64,000 nucleotides of DNA from Armatimonadota bacterium (GTDB taxonomy: Bacteria; Armatimonadota; SYMT01). Numbering within the stretch: the stretch's first letter is position 1; every line of letters starts with the position of its first letter. Below the pieces are notes generated by a model. That model saw only the letters and a list, made by a program, of their open reading frames with translations. It had not been told where the DNA came from and searched no databases. The position numbers and the translations under genes are program-made. Below, in pieces: positions 1 through 9,235 of this stretch. Location of the stretch: positions 320,001 to 384,000 of the forward strand of contig JAWLHY010000004.1 in the NCBI GenBank assembly GCA_041690135.1, read 5' to 3'.

Positions 1-23
1 GCTGGAAAACCAGTCTTCTTCTT

Positions 24-1160
24 GTGGGAACCCTCGGCGTACTGGCCGTGGCGCCCTCGCTGCCGTCCGCACTGGCGGCGAAGGAGAGCCGGACCCAGCG
101 GATTCAAACGCTGCGCCAGCGGTTAAAGAGCCTCTCCGCCAAGAAGGCCGAGAAGCGGGAAGTCCTCCGGGAGACGAAGCGGGCGCAGCGGCGCCTGTCG
201 GACCAGCTGAACGAGAGCTACGAGCGCCTCGAGAGCGCCAACGACGCCCTCCGCAAGTCCGAACAGCGCCTCCGGGCGGCGGAAGCCGCAGTCCGGCTGG
301 CGACCGATCGGCTCAAGCAGGCGGAAGAACGACTGCGAGCGCAGCAGCGGCGTTTTGGGAAGCGGATTTCGTACTATTATAGAGAAGGGCAAGTCACCTA
401 CCTCGACGTGCTGTTCGGGGCTCGAGACCTCTCCGACTTCCTGGACCGCCAGTACTTCATCTCGCGCCTGATGGATCAGGACGCGGGGCTGGCGCGGGAG
501 TTGCGGGAAGCGCAACAGCAGGTAGCGCTGGAGCGGCAGAAGCTGGTGGACCGGCGGGCGCAGCTCGCGGCGGCGCACCAGGAGAACGCGGAACGAGTCC
601 GGCTCGTTGCGGAACAGACCACCGAGCGGGAGCGCTTGCTGAAAGCGATCACGCGGGAACGCGCGCTCCAGGAGCAACGTCTACAAGAACTGGACGAGGA
701 CTCTGCGGACATTCAGAGAACCCTAGAAGCAGAGCAGACCCGTCGGCGGTCGATGCCCGGATCTTACCGCGCCCTGCCGGCCTGGACCGGGAAGATGGCC
801 CGTCCGGCCCGGGGCCCGGTCACCTCCGGGTTCGGGTACCGGTACCACCCGGTACTCCGCTACCGGCGCCTGCATGCTGGGATAGATATCGGTGCCCCAA
901 CGGGCTCGGGAGTGTATGCCGCCTCGGATGGCGAGGTGTTCTTCGCTTCTTGGCGAGGTGGATACGGTCGCTGTATAATCTTGCTCCACGGGGGCGACGT
1001 GTCCACGCTATACGGCCATTTATCGAAGATCTATGTCAAGCCTGGGCAGCGGGTTCGCCGTGGACAATTGATTGGCGCGGTTGGGAGCACGGGGCTCAGC
1101 ACCGGTCCGCACTTGCATTTTGAGCTGAGGCGGAATGGGAGACCTGTGAACCCACTCTAG
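24..1160 (+). CDS. Murein hydrolase activator EnvC-like protein (coiled coil + M23 peptidase)
   Basis: Long coiled coil then M23 motifs HAGID and GPHLHFE; true start may lie upstream of the window edge. Confidence 0.9.
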   Translation: MGTLGVLAVAPSLPSALAAKESRTQRIQTLRQRLKSLSAKKAEKREVLRETKRAQRRLSDQLNESYERLESANDALRKSEQRLRAAEAAVRLATDRLKQAEERLRAQQRRFGKRISYYYREGQVTYLDVLFGARDLSDFLDRQYFISRLMDQDAGLARELREAQQQVALERQKLVDRRAQLAAAHQENAERVRLVAEQTTERERLLKAITRERALQEQRLQELDEDSADIQRTLEAEQTRRRSMPGSYRALPAWTGKMARPARGPVTSGFGYRYHPVLRYRRLHAGIDIGAPTGSGVYAASDGEVFFASWRGGYGRCIILLHGGDVSTLYGHLSKIYVKPGQRVRRGQLIGAVGSTGLSTGPHLHFELRRNGRPVNPL

Positions 1161-1181
1161 GCCGCGCGCTGCCGGAGAGCA

Positions 1182-2675
1182 GTGCTAATGCAGAAAAACC
1201 AGGTCTGGCGGGTTTCCGCCACCGTCTTGAGCCTGACCGCGTTCTCCTATTTTGCGGGGCTCGGAGTCCGCGGCCTCTACGGCCGCCTGAGCCAGTCCGA
1301 ACACGCCGACGAACGCACTTTCTCTACCTATACCCGCGTGGCCTCGGCGAACCCCCGGGTTTCCGAGCCCGATCTTCGTCCCCTCCAACTCTACACGGAG
1401 GTCCTGAAGCGGCTGCAGGCTTACTACGTCGAATCGCTCCCTGCGGACTCGATCCTGGCGCGTGGCTCCGTCGACGCCATGCTCAACCAGTTGAACGACC
1501 CGAACACCCGGTTCTTGAGTAAGCAGGAGGTCTCCGCGCTGCAGGCGGCCACGGTAGGTGAATACACCGGCCTGGGCGCCGTCCTCACCGTGCGCCGGAG
1601 CGGGCGTACCGGCGTCGACCTTTCCGATGAGGGCGCGCCCCGGAGTACGGGAGTCAAGACCATAACGGTCGTCTCCGTGGCCCCCGGCGGTCCCGCGGAC
1701 AAAGCCGGACTGAAGCCCGGCGACCGCATCACGGAGATCGATGGGCGCTGGATCGCTCCGACCCATGTCTCTTACCGCGTGCTTACCCAGTTGACCGATC
1801 CCCTGGGACAACAGGACGGTCGTCCGCGCATCGTCGAAGAGGACCCCGAACCGGTCCAACCCGCCGGCGAGCGCGAGAAGCAGCAGAAGGAGTTGGAGGA
1901 GACCCGCGACCGCTGGAAGAACGCGGCCGAGCTTCCGCTGATCCTGGCCGGCTTCGTCAGCGAAGGGAAGGGCGAGCACGAACTCACCGTGGAGCGCGGC
2001 TATCCCAGCCGCACGCTCAAAGTTCGGGTCAACCTCGGCCCGACGAAGGTGGAAACGTTCGCCTCCCGCAAGATCGACCCGGCGACCGGCTACGTGCAGG
2101 TCCGTACCTTTAATGCCGGAACGCCGCAGAAGCTGGCGGAAGCACTGGACGAATTCCAGAAGAGCGGCGTGAAGAACCTGGTGGTCGATCTCCGCAACAG
2201 CCCCGGAGGGACACTGGAAGCGGCGCGCGACGCCGCCGGGTTGCTGGTCGGCAACGTCCGGTTCGCCACCCTCAAACGCCGGGACGCCACCCGTCGCCTC
2301 GTGGAGCAGCCCCTGGTCATCCAGAAGGCGACGCGCCGGATGAAACCCGCCAGTGTGGTGGTCCTGGTCGACCGCGGCACCGCCGGCTCTTCGGAACTGT
2401 TCGCGGCGGCCCTGAAGGACCACCTGGGGGCAAAGCTGGTCGGCTCCGAGACCTTCGGCGACGGCAGCGAGCACGACGTGATCCGCCTGGAGGACGGCTC
2501 CGGGATCGCGATCACCCGCGCCCGGATGCTGACTTCCAAAGGCGTGGACTTCGAGGGCAAGGGATTGAAGGCGGACGTTGCAACGCCGGGTGACGCGCTG
2601 GAGGCTGCCGTTAAGCTACTCGCTACCGCGAAGCCCGCCGGCGGGAGCGCGGTGCAGGGAGGGGCGAAGTCATGA
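1182..2675 (+). CDS. S41 family (CtpA-like) PDZ protein, probably catalytically inactive
   Basis: GLGAVL PDZ entry and DLRNSPGG motif, but TAGSSE / TFGDG in place of TASASE / TFGKG. Confidence 0.85.
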   Translation: MLMQKNQVWRVSATVLSLTAFSYFAGLGVRGLYGRLSQSEHADERTFSTYTRVASANPRVSEPDLRPLQLYTEVLKRLQAYYVESLPADSILARGSVDAMLNQLNDPNTRFLSKQEVSALQAATVGEYTGLGAVLTVRRSGRTGVDLSDEGAPRSTGVKTITVVSVAPGGPADKAGLKPGDRITEIDGRWIAPTHVSYRVLTQLTDPLGQQDGRPRIVEEDPEPVQPAGEREKQQKELEETRDRWKNAAELPLILAGFVSEGKGEHELTVERGYPSRTLKVRVNLGPTKVETFASRKIDPATGYVQVRTFNAGTPQKLAEALDEFQKSGVKNLVVDLRNSPGGTLEAARDAAGLLVGNVRFATLKRRDATRRLVEQPLVIQKATRRMKPASVVVLVDRGTAGSSELFAAALKDHLGAKLVGSETFGDGSEHDVIRLEDGSGIAITRARMLTSKGVDFEGKGLKADVATPGDALEAAVKLLATAKPAGGSAVQGGAKS

Positions 2676-3970
2676 TCCGGCGCAATACGTTTTCGGTCAT
2701 GCTCGCGGTCGCGATCTCCGGCTCTTTCCTGGCCGGCGTGTTCGAGCCCGAGCTCCGGGCCCAGGGCGGCCTACCCGAACACATCTTCAGTCTGCGGGCC
2801 ACGGGCAGCGGTCCGCAGCTCGATCCGATCAGCACCTACAACAAGGTGCTGCAGTTGGTCACGGAGCGTTACTACGGCGAACTGCCGGGCAAGAGCGAGA
2901 ACCTCAAGCCGGAGGTTAAGCTCACCTATGCGGCGATCCGGGGTATGCTGAACACTTTGGACGATCCCTACACCCGCTTCCTCGAGCCGGTGGAGTTCAA
3001 CTCCCTCAAAGAGGACAACGAAGGCGAGTTCGAGGGGATCGGCGCTCAGCTCGACAACGACAAGACAAAGGAAGGCTATATCCGCGTCTCCAAGCCGATC
3101 CGGAACGGACCGGCCGCGAAGGCGGGCTTGATGAAGGGCGATCTCATCACCCGGATCAATGGGGCCGCGGTGAAGGACCTGTCCGTCGACGAGGCGGTCG
3201 GCAAGATCCGCGGGCCGGCGAACACGCAGGTGCGCCTCACCATCCTTCGACCCAGCGAGGGGAAGACCCGCGATATCGTCATCACCCGGAACTCCGTGGA
3301 GTTCCAGGTGGTGGACTACGAACTGCGGGACGGGAACATCGGTTATATCTACCTGCACACCTTCAATGAGTTGTCCGATCCCAAGATCCAGCAGGCGATC
3401 CGCGCCATGGAGAAAGAGGGCATGCGCGGCCTGGTGCTCGACCTGCGCGGCAATCCCGGCGGTCTGCTGGAGTCGGCAATCGACATCTCCAGCCGGTTCA
3501 TCCCGCCGAATAAGACGGCCGTGATCATCGTGGAGAACGAGCGCAACGAAAAGCGGAAGACGTCCGAAGCCCGTTTCCTGGGCGGCAAGTGGCCGCTGGT
3601 GGTGCTGGTGAACCGCACCAGCGCTTCGGCCTCCGAGATCGTCGCGGGCGCCATCAAGGACAACAAGGCGGGCCTGGTGGTCGGCACCACGACCTTTGGG
3701 AAGGGCCTGGTTCAGACCGTGGTCCCGCTGGAGGGCGATGCCGCCTGTATGATCACCACGGCCAAGTACCTGACGCCCTCGGGCAAGGACATCAACCGCT
3801 CGCGCGAGCAGCGCGGCGGGGTGGAGCCGGACTACTTCGTGGACATCACGGAAGAGCAGTACGTGAAGAACAACGATCCCCAGCTCCGCCAGGCGGTCGA
3901 GATCTTGAAGGCCCAGATCGCGGGGCGCCCGGTTCCGGCCCCCACCACCCAGGCCTCCGCCCGGAACTAA
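2672..3970 (+). CDS. ctpA: Carboxyl-terminal processing protease, S41A family
   Basis: DDPYTRF, GIGA PDZ, DLRGNPGG, intact SASASE and TFGKG; ATGA overlap with upstream gene. Confidence 0.93.
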   Translation: MIRRNTFSVMLAVAISGSFLAGVFEPELRAQGGLPEHIFSLRATGSGPQLDPISTYNKVLQLVTERYYGELPGKSENLKPEVKLTYAAIRGMLNTLDDPYTRFLEPVEFNSLKEDNEGEFEGIGAQLDNDKTKEGYIRVSKPIRNGPAAKAGLMKGDLITRINGAAVKDLSVDEAVGKIRGPANTQVRLTILRPSEGKTRDIVITRNSVEFQVVDYELRDGNIGYIYLHTFNELSDPKIQQAIRAMEKEGMRGLVLDLRGNPGGLLESAIDISSRFIPPNKTAVIIVENERNEKRKTSEARFLGGKWPLVVLVNRTSASASEIVAGAIKDNKAGLVVGTTTFGKGLVQTVVPLEGDAACMITTAKYLTPSGKDINRSREQRGGVEPDYFVDITEEQYVKNNDPQLRQAVEILKAQIAGRPVPAPTTQASARN

Positions 3971-4022
3971 AGAAGGTGCATCCTACCTGGACGGTCCCGG
4001 GGAATGGGTGTAGGGAAGAAGA

Positions 4023-4067
4023 GGGGTTGGGCGCGGTCGATAGTCGACCGCGCCCAACCCCCTTTTT
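4023..4067 (+). terminator. Rho-independent terminator
   Basis: 18-bp perfect stem ggggttgggcgcggtcga/tcgaccgcgcccaacccc followed by a T-tract. Confidence 0.85.
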
Positions 4068-4087
4068 GTATTGCACGAGTGCGCAAC

Positions 4088-4279
4088 AAGAGGATGCGTA
4101 GGGAACGTCTCGCCGTAGCGTTCCGCCGACCAAGAGCTGATCCCGTTTTGCCAGATCGTGGCGGCACAGGTTCCGGTGCGGTTCGGGCTGGCTCAACGGG
4201 ATCAGCTTCACTGACTGCGGAATGGAACGGCCCTAGCTCCGCCGGGTGTACGTCGCATTCCCTACAGGTGCGGATCTCC
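4088..4279. ncRNA. Candidate rod-shaped structured RNA (6S-like size and shape)
   Basis: Nested pairings gtagggaa/ttccctac, ttccgc/gcggaa, agctgatcccgtt/aacgggatcagct, gccag/ctggc; no credible CDS. Confidence 0.4.
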
Positions 4280-4361
4280 AATGGCAGTTATATTGCCAGA
4301 CCATTCCAATGCTGCCCGGCGGATCGAGCACGTGAACGGAACCCTCGACCTCGGACACGTC

Positions 4362-4412
4362 CTCCACTCCCCCACTCCCCCACTCCCCCACTCATCCACT
4401 CCTCCACTCTCC
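4362..4412. repeat. Short tandem repeat (ccactccc)n
   Basis: Visible degenerate 8-mer tandem repeat in intergenic DNA. Confidence 0.75.
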
Positions 4413-4523
4413 CCTTCCCCACCCCACATCGCCACCCGACTCGCTCTCCCCATCCTTCCGGCCGACAATAGCTAGAGGGATCTGCCTGCTCCCTTGGATC
4501 CTACTGTCGGTTGGGAGACTTCC

Positions 4524-5600
4524 ATGGCGACCAAGCGAGGTTCCGGCGCGAAAACCGGAGCAAAGAAAACCTCTTCCCGAGGCGCCTCCGGCGGACCGGC
4601 CGGCAATGCTGGCGGCATGATCAAGAACCTCATCGTCTATGCCCTCGCGGGGGTCGGCGGGGTGTATCTCGGCACGCAGGCGTACTCGGCCGCCAGCCAG
4701 CATTTCCCCGGTCTGGTCGCGCGGGCGGCCGGAAAAAAGAGCCCCTCCCTCACTCCGGCGCGCTCGGAGCGCTCCCCTGAAACGGCAACTTCCTCTTCGG
4801 GCCGAAGGGAGCGCCGGGAGCGGACCCGCCGGGCCGTGGAGGAGGAGACCCCGAAGGTCGAGGTCCGCAGCAAGACCCCCGAACTCCCGGACGAGAGTTC
4901 CCAGGTCCCGGAAAACGCCGAAAGTACTGGGCTCGCCCCTCCGCCGGTGGCGGGAGCGGATGAGACGGCGGGTGAGGACGGCGTCATCCCGATGCCGCCC
5001 CTCGAGATCGAGCGGGGCTCCGGGAAGCGCAAGGAAGTGGCCCTCACCTTCGATGCCGGCTCCGATTGGAAGCCCGTGCGGAAGATCCTGGACACGCTGG
5101 CCTCTCACGACGTGCGGTCCACCTTCTTTCTCACGGGAGAGTGGACCCAGGAGAACCCCAAGAGCTCCCGGAGGATCGCTGAGCTGGGCCACGAGCTGGG
5201 CAACCATTCGTGGGATCACTCTCAGTTTACCGGGCTGACGGATGACCAGATCCGTGAGCAGATCCGCCGGACGGATGCCCAGGTACGGGAAGTCACCGGA
5301 CGCGGGACGCGACCCTACTTCCGACCACCACACGGAGCGCGCAACCGCCGTGTCCTCGAAGTTCTGGGCAAAGAGGGCTACCTTAGCATTTACTGGTCCC
5401 TGGACTCCTGGGACTCCGTAAAGAAGGGGATCACCGCCGAGCAGATCCGCGACCGCGTGTTGAGCAAGATCGAGCCGGGGGGTATTGTGCTGCTGCACTG
5501 CGGCAGCCAGGCGACGGCCGACGCGCTGCCGGAGATCCTGGAGGGGCTTAAGACCCGCTCCCTCACCCCGGTCACCGTAAGCCGGCTACTGGAGGAATAG
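4524..5600 (+). CDS. Membrane-anchored polysaccharide deacetylase (NodB/CE4)
   Basis: TM helix, low-complexity linker, ALTFDAG, GNHSWDH, FRPPHG, IVLLH motifs. Confidence 0.92.
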   Translation: MATKRGSGAKTGAKKTSSRGASGGPAGNAGGMIKNLIVYALAGVGGVYLGTQAYSAASQHFPGLVARAAGKKSPSLTPARSERSPETATSSSGRRERRERTRRAVEEETPKVEVRSKTPELPDESSQVPENAESTGLAPPPVAGADETAGEDGVIPMPPLEIERGSGKRKEVALTFDAGSDWKPVRKILDTLASHDVRSTFFLTGEWTQENPKSSRRIAELGHELGNHSWDHSQFTGLTDDQIREQIRRTDAQVREVTGRGTRPYFRPPHGARNRRVLEVLGKEGYLSIYWSLDSWDSVKKGITAEQIRDRVLSKIEPGGIVLLHCGSQATADALPEILEGLKTRSLTPVTVSRLLEE

Positions 5601-5602
5601 TC

Positions 5603-6664
5603 CTGGACGTAACGAGCTACGAAGAAACGATTCGCCGCCTCCAACGCCGCCTCTGGATCGAGCGGGGCATCACCGGCGGCCTGCTGGCTGTCGCGCTCGG
5701 CGCCTGGGCCTATCCGCAGTTGGTATCCCGGGTCTGGGCCGTCTACGTGGACGGCAAGCCGGTGGTGGCCATGGCCCGCCAGGAGGAGATGACGGCCGTA
5801 CTGGAGCGGGTGCGCCTGGAAGAAGGCGAGGGCTCCGCCACGGCGCAGTGGGTCCAGCAGGTGCGGGTCGATCGCGCCGACGGGAAGAAGCTGTCCCCCG
5901 TGGATGCCGGGACCGCCTCCAAGAAACTGGGTGAAATCCTGGAAGTGAAGGCCGAGCGGGGCGTCATTTACATCGACGCTCTGCCCGTGGTCGCCCTCCC
6001 CTCGGAGGCCGAAGCGCGCAAGCTGCTGGAGGAGATCCAATCCGGATACGCCGGCCGGCTGGAGTCCGTGGATGCGGCCCCCACTTTCAAGGAAGCGGTT
6101 GAGGTCCGGCGTGAAGCCGCCGAGCAGGAGATGTGGGGCGACACGGAAACCGCCCGCGCGCTGCTTACCGGCAAGAACACAGGGGAGGAGCAGGAGCACC
6201 AGGTCGCTCGCGGCGATAACGCCTGGAGCATTTCACAAAAGTACAGCCTGAACCTGGCAAGCCTGCGGAAACTGAACCCATCGGTCACCCTGGAACGGCT
6301 CCAGGTGGGCCAGCGCCTTCTCGTGGGCGGCAAAGCCGAACCGCTGATCACGGTCGTGACCGAGGGCCGGTTAAGTGAGACGCTGCCGACTTCTTTCTCC
6401 ACCGTAAGGCAGGCTTCGCCGCAGATGTTCGTGGGGAAGGAGATCCTGAAATCTCCGGGGCGGCCGGGAACGCAGAAGGTGACCTATCGAGTGCGGTGTG
6501 AGAACGGCCAGGTGGTTCACCGGGACGTCGTCTCCCGCACGCCGTTGACCCCCGCGAAGCCGCGGATCGTGGTGGTGGGAACGCGGCCCCGCACGGTTCA
6601 GGCCCGCCCCTCGACGCGAAGGAAGAGCCGGACCACGCGGTACCGTTCCCGCCGCCGCAGGTAG
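5603..6664 (+). CDS. LysM and G5 domain membrane-anchored cell-wall protein
   Basis: LysM (HQVARGDNAWSISQKY) plus G5-like C-terminus. Frame is open upstream of TTG 5720 and encodes a TM helix; CTG 5603 follows GGAGGA (start inferred). Confidence 0.8.
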   Translation: MDVTSYEETIRRLQRRLWIERGITGGLLAVALGAWAYPQLVSRVWAVYVDGKPVVAMARQEEMTAVLERVRLEEGEGSATAQWVQQVRVDRADGKKLSPVDAGTASKKLGEILEVKAERGVIYIDALPVVALPSEAEARKLLEEIQSGYAGRLESVDAAPTFKEAVEVRREAAEQEMWGDTETARALLTGKNTGEEQEHQVARGDNAWSISQKYSLNLASLRKLNPSVTLERLQVGQRLLVGGKAEPLITVVTEGRLSETLPTSFSTVRQASPQMFVGKEILKSPGRPGTQKVTYRVRCENGQVVHRDVVSRTPLTPAKPRIVVVGTRPRTVQARPSTRRKSRTTRYRSRRRR

Positions 6665-6746
6665 ATGGAGGCAGCCAGGGGAATCTCCCTTACAGATACC
6701 CAACGAGGAAGCAAGCTTTTGTTTTCTCGTGGCAAGGAGAAACCTC

Positions 6747-7276
6747 ATGGATCCTACCGGAGAGTGGAGGAGCACCCGCACGGGCCTGCCGGTTGCCGGC
6801 GCCCTGCTCTTGACCCTGACCGGCCTGTGCGGTGGAATGCGCCCGCAGCCGGTCCGCGCGGCGGCGGAAGCGCCGGCATTCAGCCGCTTGCGCGAAGTGC
6901 CGCTGACCCTCGTGGAAAACCGGGGGCAGGTAGAGGGGCCGGTCCGCTACTACGTCCGGGGCCGCGATAAGTCGGTCTACTGCACGCCCGCGGGAGTCAC
7001 CTTTTCGGCACGGTACGCCTGGGGCAAAGCCGGCAGCGCCGGGTCGTGCTGATCAATTCCGGCAGCGATCCTCTCACGGTCAACGTGCCACCGCAGGCTG
7101 GCCCCTACTCGGTCACCCCCGCCGGAGACCTGGTGGTGCCCGCGCGCAGCCGCGCCACCGTAACGCTCACGTTCCAGCCGGCAAGCGCCGGCGCCGGCAT
7201 CGCGGGGCTGGTGCTGACCAGCAGCGACCCCAAGAAGCCCCTGGTGCAGATCCCGGTGCGGGGAAGAGGAAAGTAG
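6747..7276 (+). pseudogene. Internally deleted large secreted protein (SBBP beta-propeller-type N-terminus + ASH/choice-of-anchor D Ig C-terminus)
   Basis: Signal peptide and PLTLVENRGQ..VRYYVRG N-terminal motif, then a frame switch into an Ig-like end (VTLTFQP..LVLTSSDP..VQIPVRGRG). Confidence 0.6.
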
Positions 7277-7317
7277 AAGAAGTGGGGCTCTCTCGGCCGA
7301 GAGAGCCCCACTTCTTC
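7276..7317. terminator. Bidirectional terminator / perfect palindrome
   Basis: gaagaagtggggctctctcgg|ccgagagagccccacttcttc between convergent genes. Confidence 0.8.
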
Positions 7318-7344
7318 TTAGAGTTCCTGGCCGTACTTCCGGCG

Positions 7345-8652
7345 TCAGGCGGTGACCAGCTGGCGCCGGACGCTATCCGGGTCCAGGCGGGAAATCTCCG
7401 CGCCGGCGGTCTGGAGCTTCTCCACCAGGTCGCCGTAACCACGGTCGACATGCTCGACCCCGCTGATGGTGGACTCGCCGTCGGCGCCGAGGGCCGCCAC
7501 AATCATCGCCGCCCCGGCACGCAGGTCGGTCGCCATGACCGAGTTGCCGTAGAGCTTCTCCACGCCGTGGATGAACGCCGTGCGGCCTTCCACCCGGATG
7601 TCCGCCCCCATGCGCTGGAGTTCGGTGACGTAGCGGAACCGGTTCTCGAACACGCGGTCGGTCACCATGGCCGCCCCCTCGCTCACCGCCAGCAGGGCCA
7701 CCATCGGCTGCTGCATGTCGGTCGGGAAACCCGGATGAGGCATCGCCAGGATATCCACCGCCCGGGTCCGCTGCCGGGCCACGATCCGCAGATCGCCCGG
7801 TGACTCGGGGCTCACGTAGTTCGGGTGGATCTCCACGCCCATGTCGGCCAACTTCACCAGGACCGGCTGCAGGTGGGAGGCCACCACGTTCTGCAGTACC
7901 ACGTCCCCGTGCGTAATCGCCGCGGCGCACGCGAACGTGCCCGCTTCCATCCGGTCCGGAATCACGGAATACTCGACGTCCGTGCGCAGCCGCCGGACCC
8001 CTTCCACTACCACGGTGGAAGTTCCGGCACCCTCGATCCGGGCCCCCAGCGCCCGCAGGAAGTTAGCCAGGTCGGCTACCTCGGGCTCGCTGGCGGCATT
8101 CTCGATCACGGTCACGCCGTCCGCCAGACAGGCGGCGGACATGATGTGAGTCGTTGCGCCCGCGCTGGGAAAATCGAGGTAGATACTGGCGCCGTGCAGT
8201 CCCCGGGCATACGCCTCGACCACGCCGGCTTCCGTTTCCACGTGCGCACCCAGGGCCCGCATGCCCTTGATATGGAAGTCCACCGGCCGGGCGCCGATGT
8301 CGCAACCGCCGGGCTGCGCCACCCGGGCCGCCCCCAGCCGCGACAGCATGGGCCCCAGCACGTAGAACGAGGCCCGCATCTTGGTGACCAGTTCTTGCGG
8401 CGCGCTCGTGCGGTTGAACCCGCGAGCATCGATCTCCACGACCCCATTCGGGCTGAAGCGAACCTCCGCACCCACTTCCACCAGCATCTCAGCCATGGTG
8501 TGGATGTCGCGGATATCCGGCACGTTGCGAAGCGTCGTCTTCCCCTCTACCAGGAGACACGCCGCCATAATCGCCAGGCTGGCGTTCTTACTACCGCTGA
8601 CCTGGATCGCACCCTGCAACGGTTTTCCACCGCGAACGTAGATTCTTTCCAC
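7345..8652 (-). CDS. murA: UDP-N-acetylglucosamine 1-carboxyvinyltransferase
   Basis: SGSKNA, MRASF, PGGCDIGARP (catalytic Cys), PGFPTDMQ, DLRAGA; GTG 8652 after AGGAGG. Confidence 0.97.
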   Translation of the reverse strand: MERIYVRGGKPLQGAIQVSGSKNASLAIMAACLLVEGKTTLRNVPDIRDIHTMAEMLVEVGAEVRFSPNGVVEIDARGFNRTSAPQELVTKMRASFYVLGPMLSRLGAARVAQPGGCDIGARPVDFHIKGMRALGAHVETEAGVVEAYARGLHGASIYLDFPSAGATTHIMSAACLADGVTVIENAASEPEVADLANFLRALGARIEGAGTSTVVVEGVRRLRTDVEYSVIPDRMEAGTFACAAAITHGDVVLQNVVASHLQPVLVKLADMGVEIHPNYVSPESPGDLRIVARQRTRAVDILAMPHPGFPTDMQQPMVALLAVSEGAAMVTDRVFENRFRYVTELQRMGADIRVEGRTAFIHGVEKLYGNSVMATDLRAGAAMIVAALGADGESTISGVEHVDRGYGDLVEKLQTAGAEISRLDPDSVRRQLVTA

Positions 8653-9235
8653 TTCTGCCTGCCTCCTATCTCCCTCCCGGTCCCCCGTCGGACCGGTATT
8701 ACCCAACTGGGGTCCCGATTCCCACCCACGAGAATTGTCGGTAAGATCCTGGCTGCGAGGCACTCCTTCATTACGAGGAGCGCCCGCCTGAACATGGGGT
8801 GGAATGTGGACTTCCAAGAGGTGAATTCTGGGGGTGGACGGGCCGGGGGAACGTCGGATCGGCCCCCGAAATGATACCGGCCGACCACCCCACTGTCAAT
8901 TCGTTCCGCCACCGGCCACCCACCGAATCGGTCCCTTTGGATAGTGGGTTTCGGCCGCCATGGAGTTCAACCGAAGCGAGGAAAGATTTCCCGAGAGGTC
9001 CCCGAGGGGTTCGGAGGGACAAGGGAGGACCAGCGAGGACCACGGTCGGCATAGAGCGGTATGGGAGAGCGCGAAGCGGCTCCGAAACCCGAAGACCGGA
9101 ACCGTTTGGCACCGCGGACTCGTTTGGGGTATTGGGCGGAAGTAAGAGTCGTGCTCCCGTGGCGGCCGGAACCGTGGCGATGTCCCGTTCCACCGCGCAT
9201 GTCCCGCGAAGGCGTACCCACCGAGGGAGGCGTGC

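Noticed and set aside
8978-9230. RNase P RNA, from gaggaaag
   Set aside because: Not followed by GTCC and no 3' ACAGAA..GGCTTA consensus
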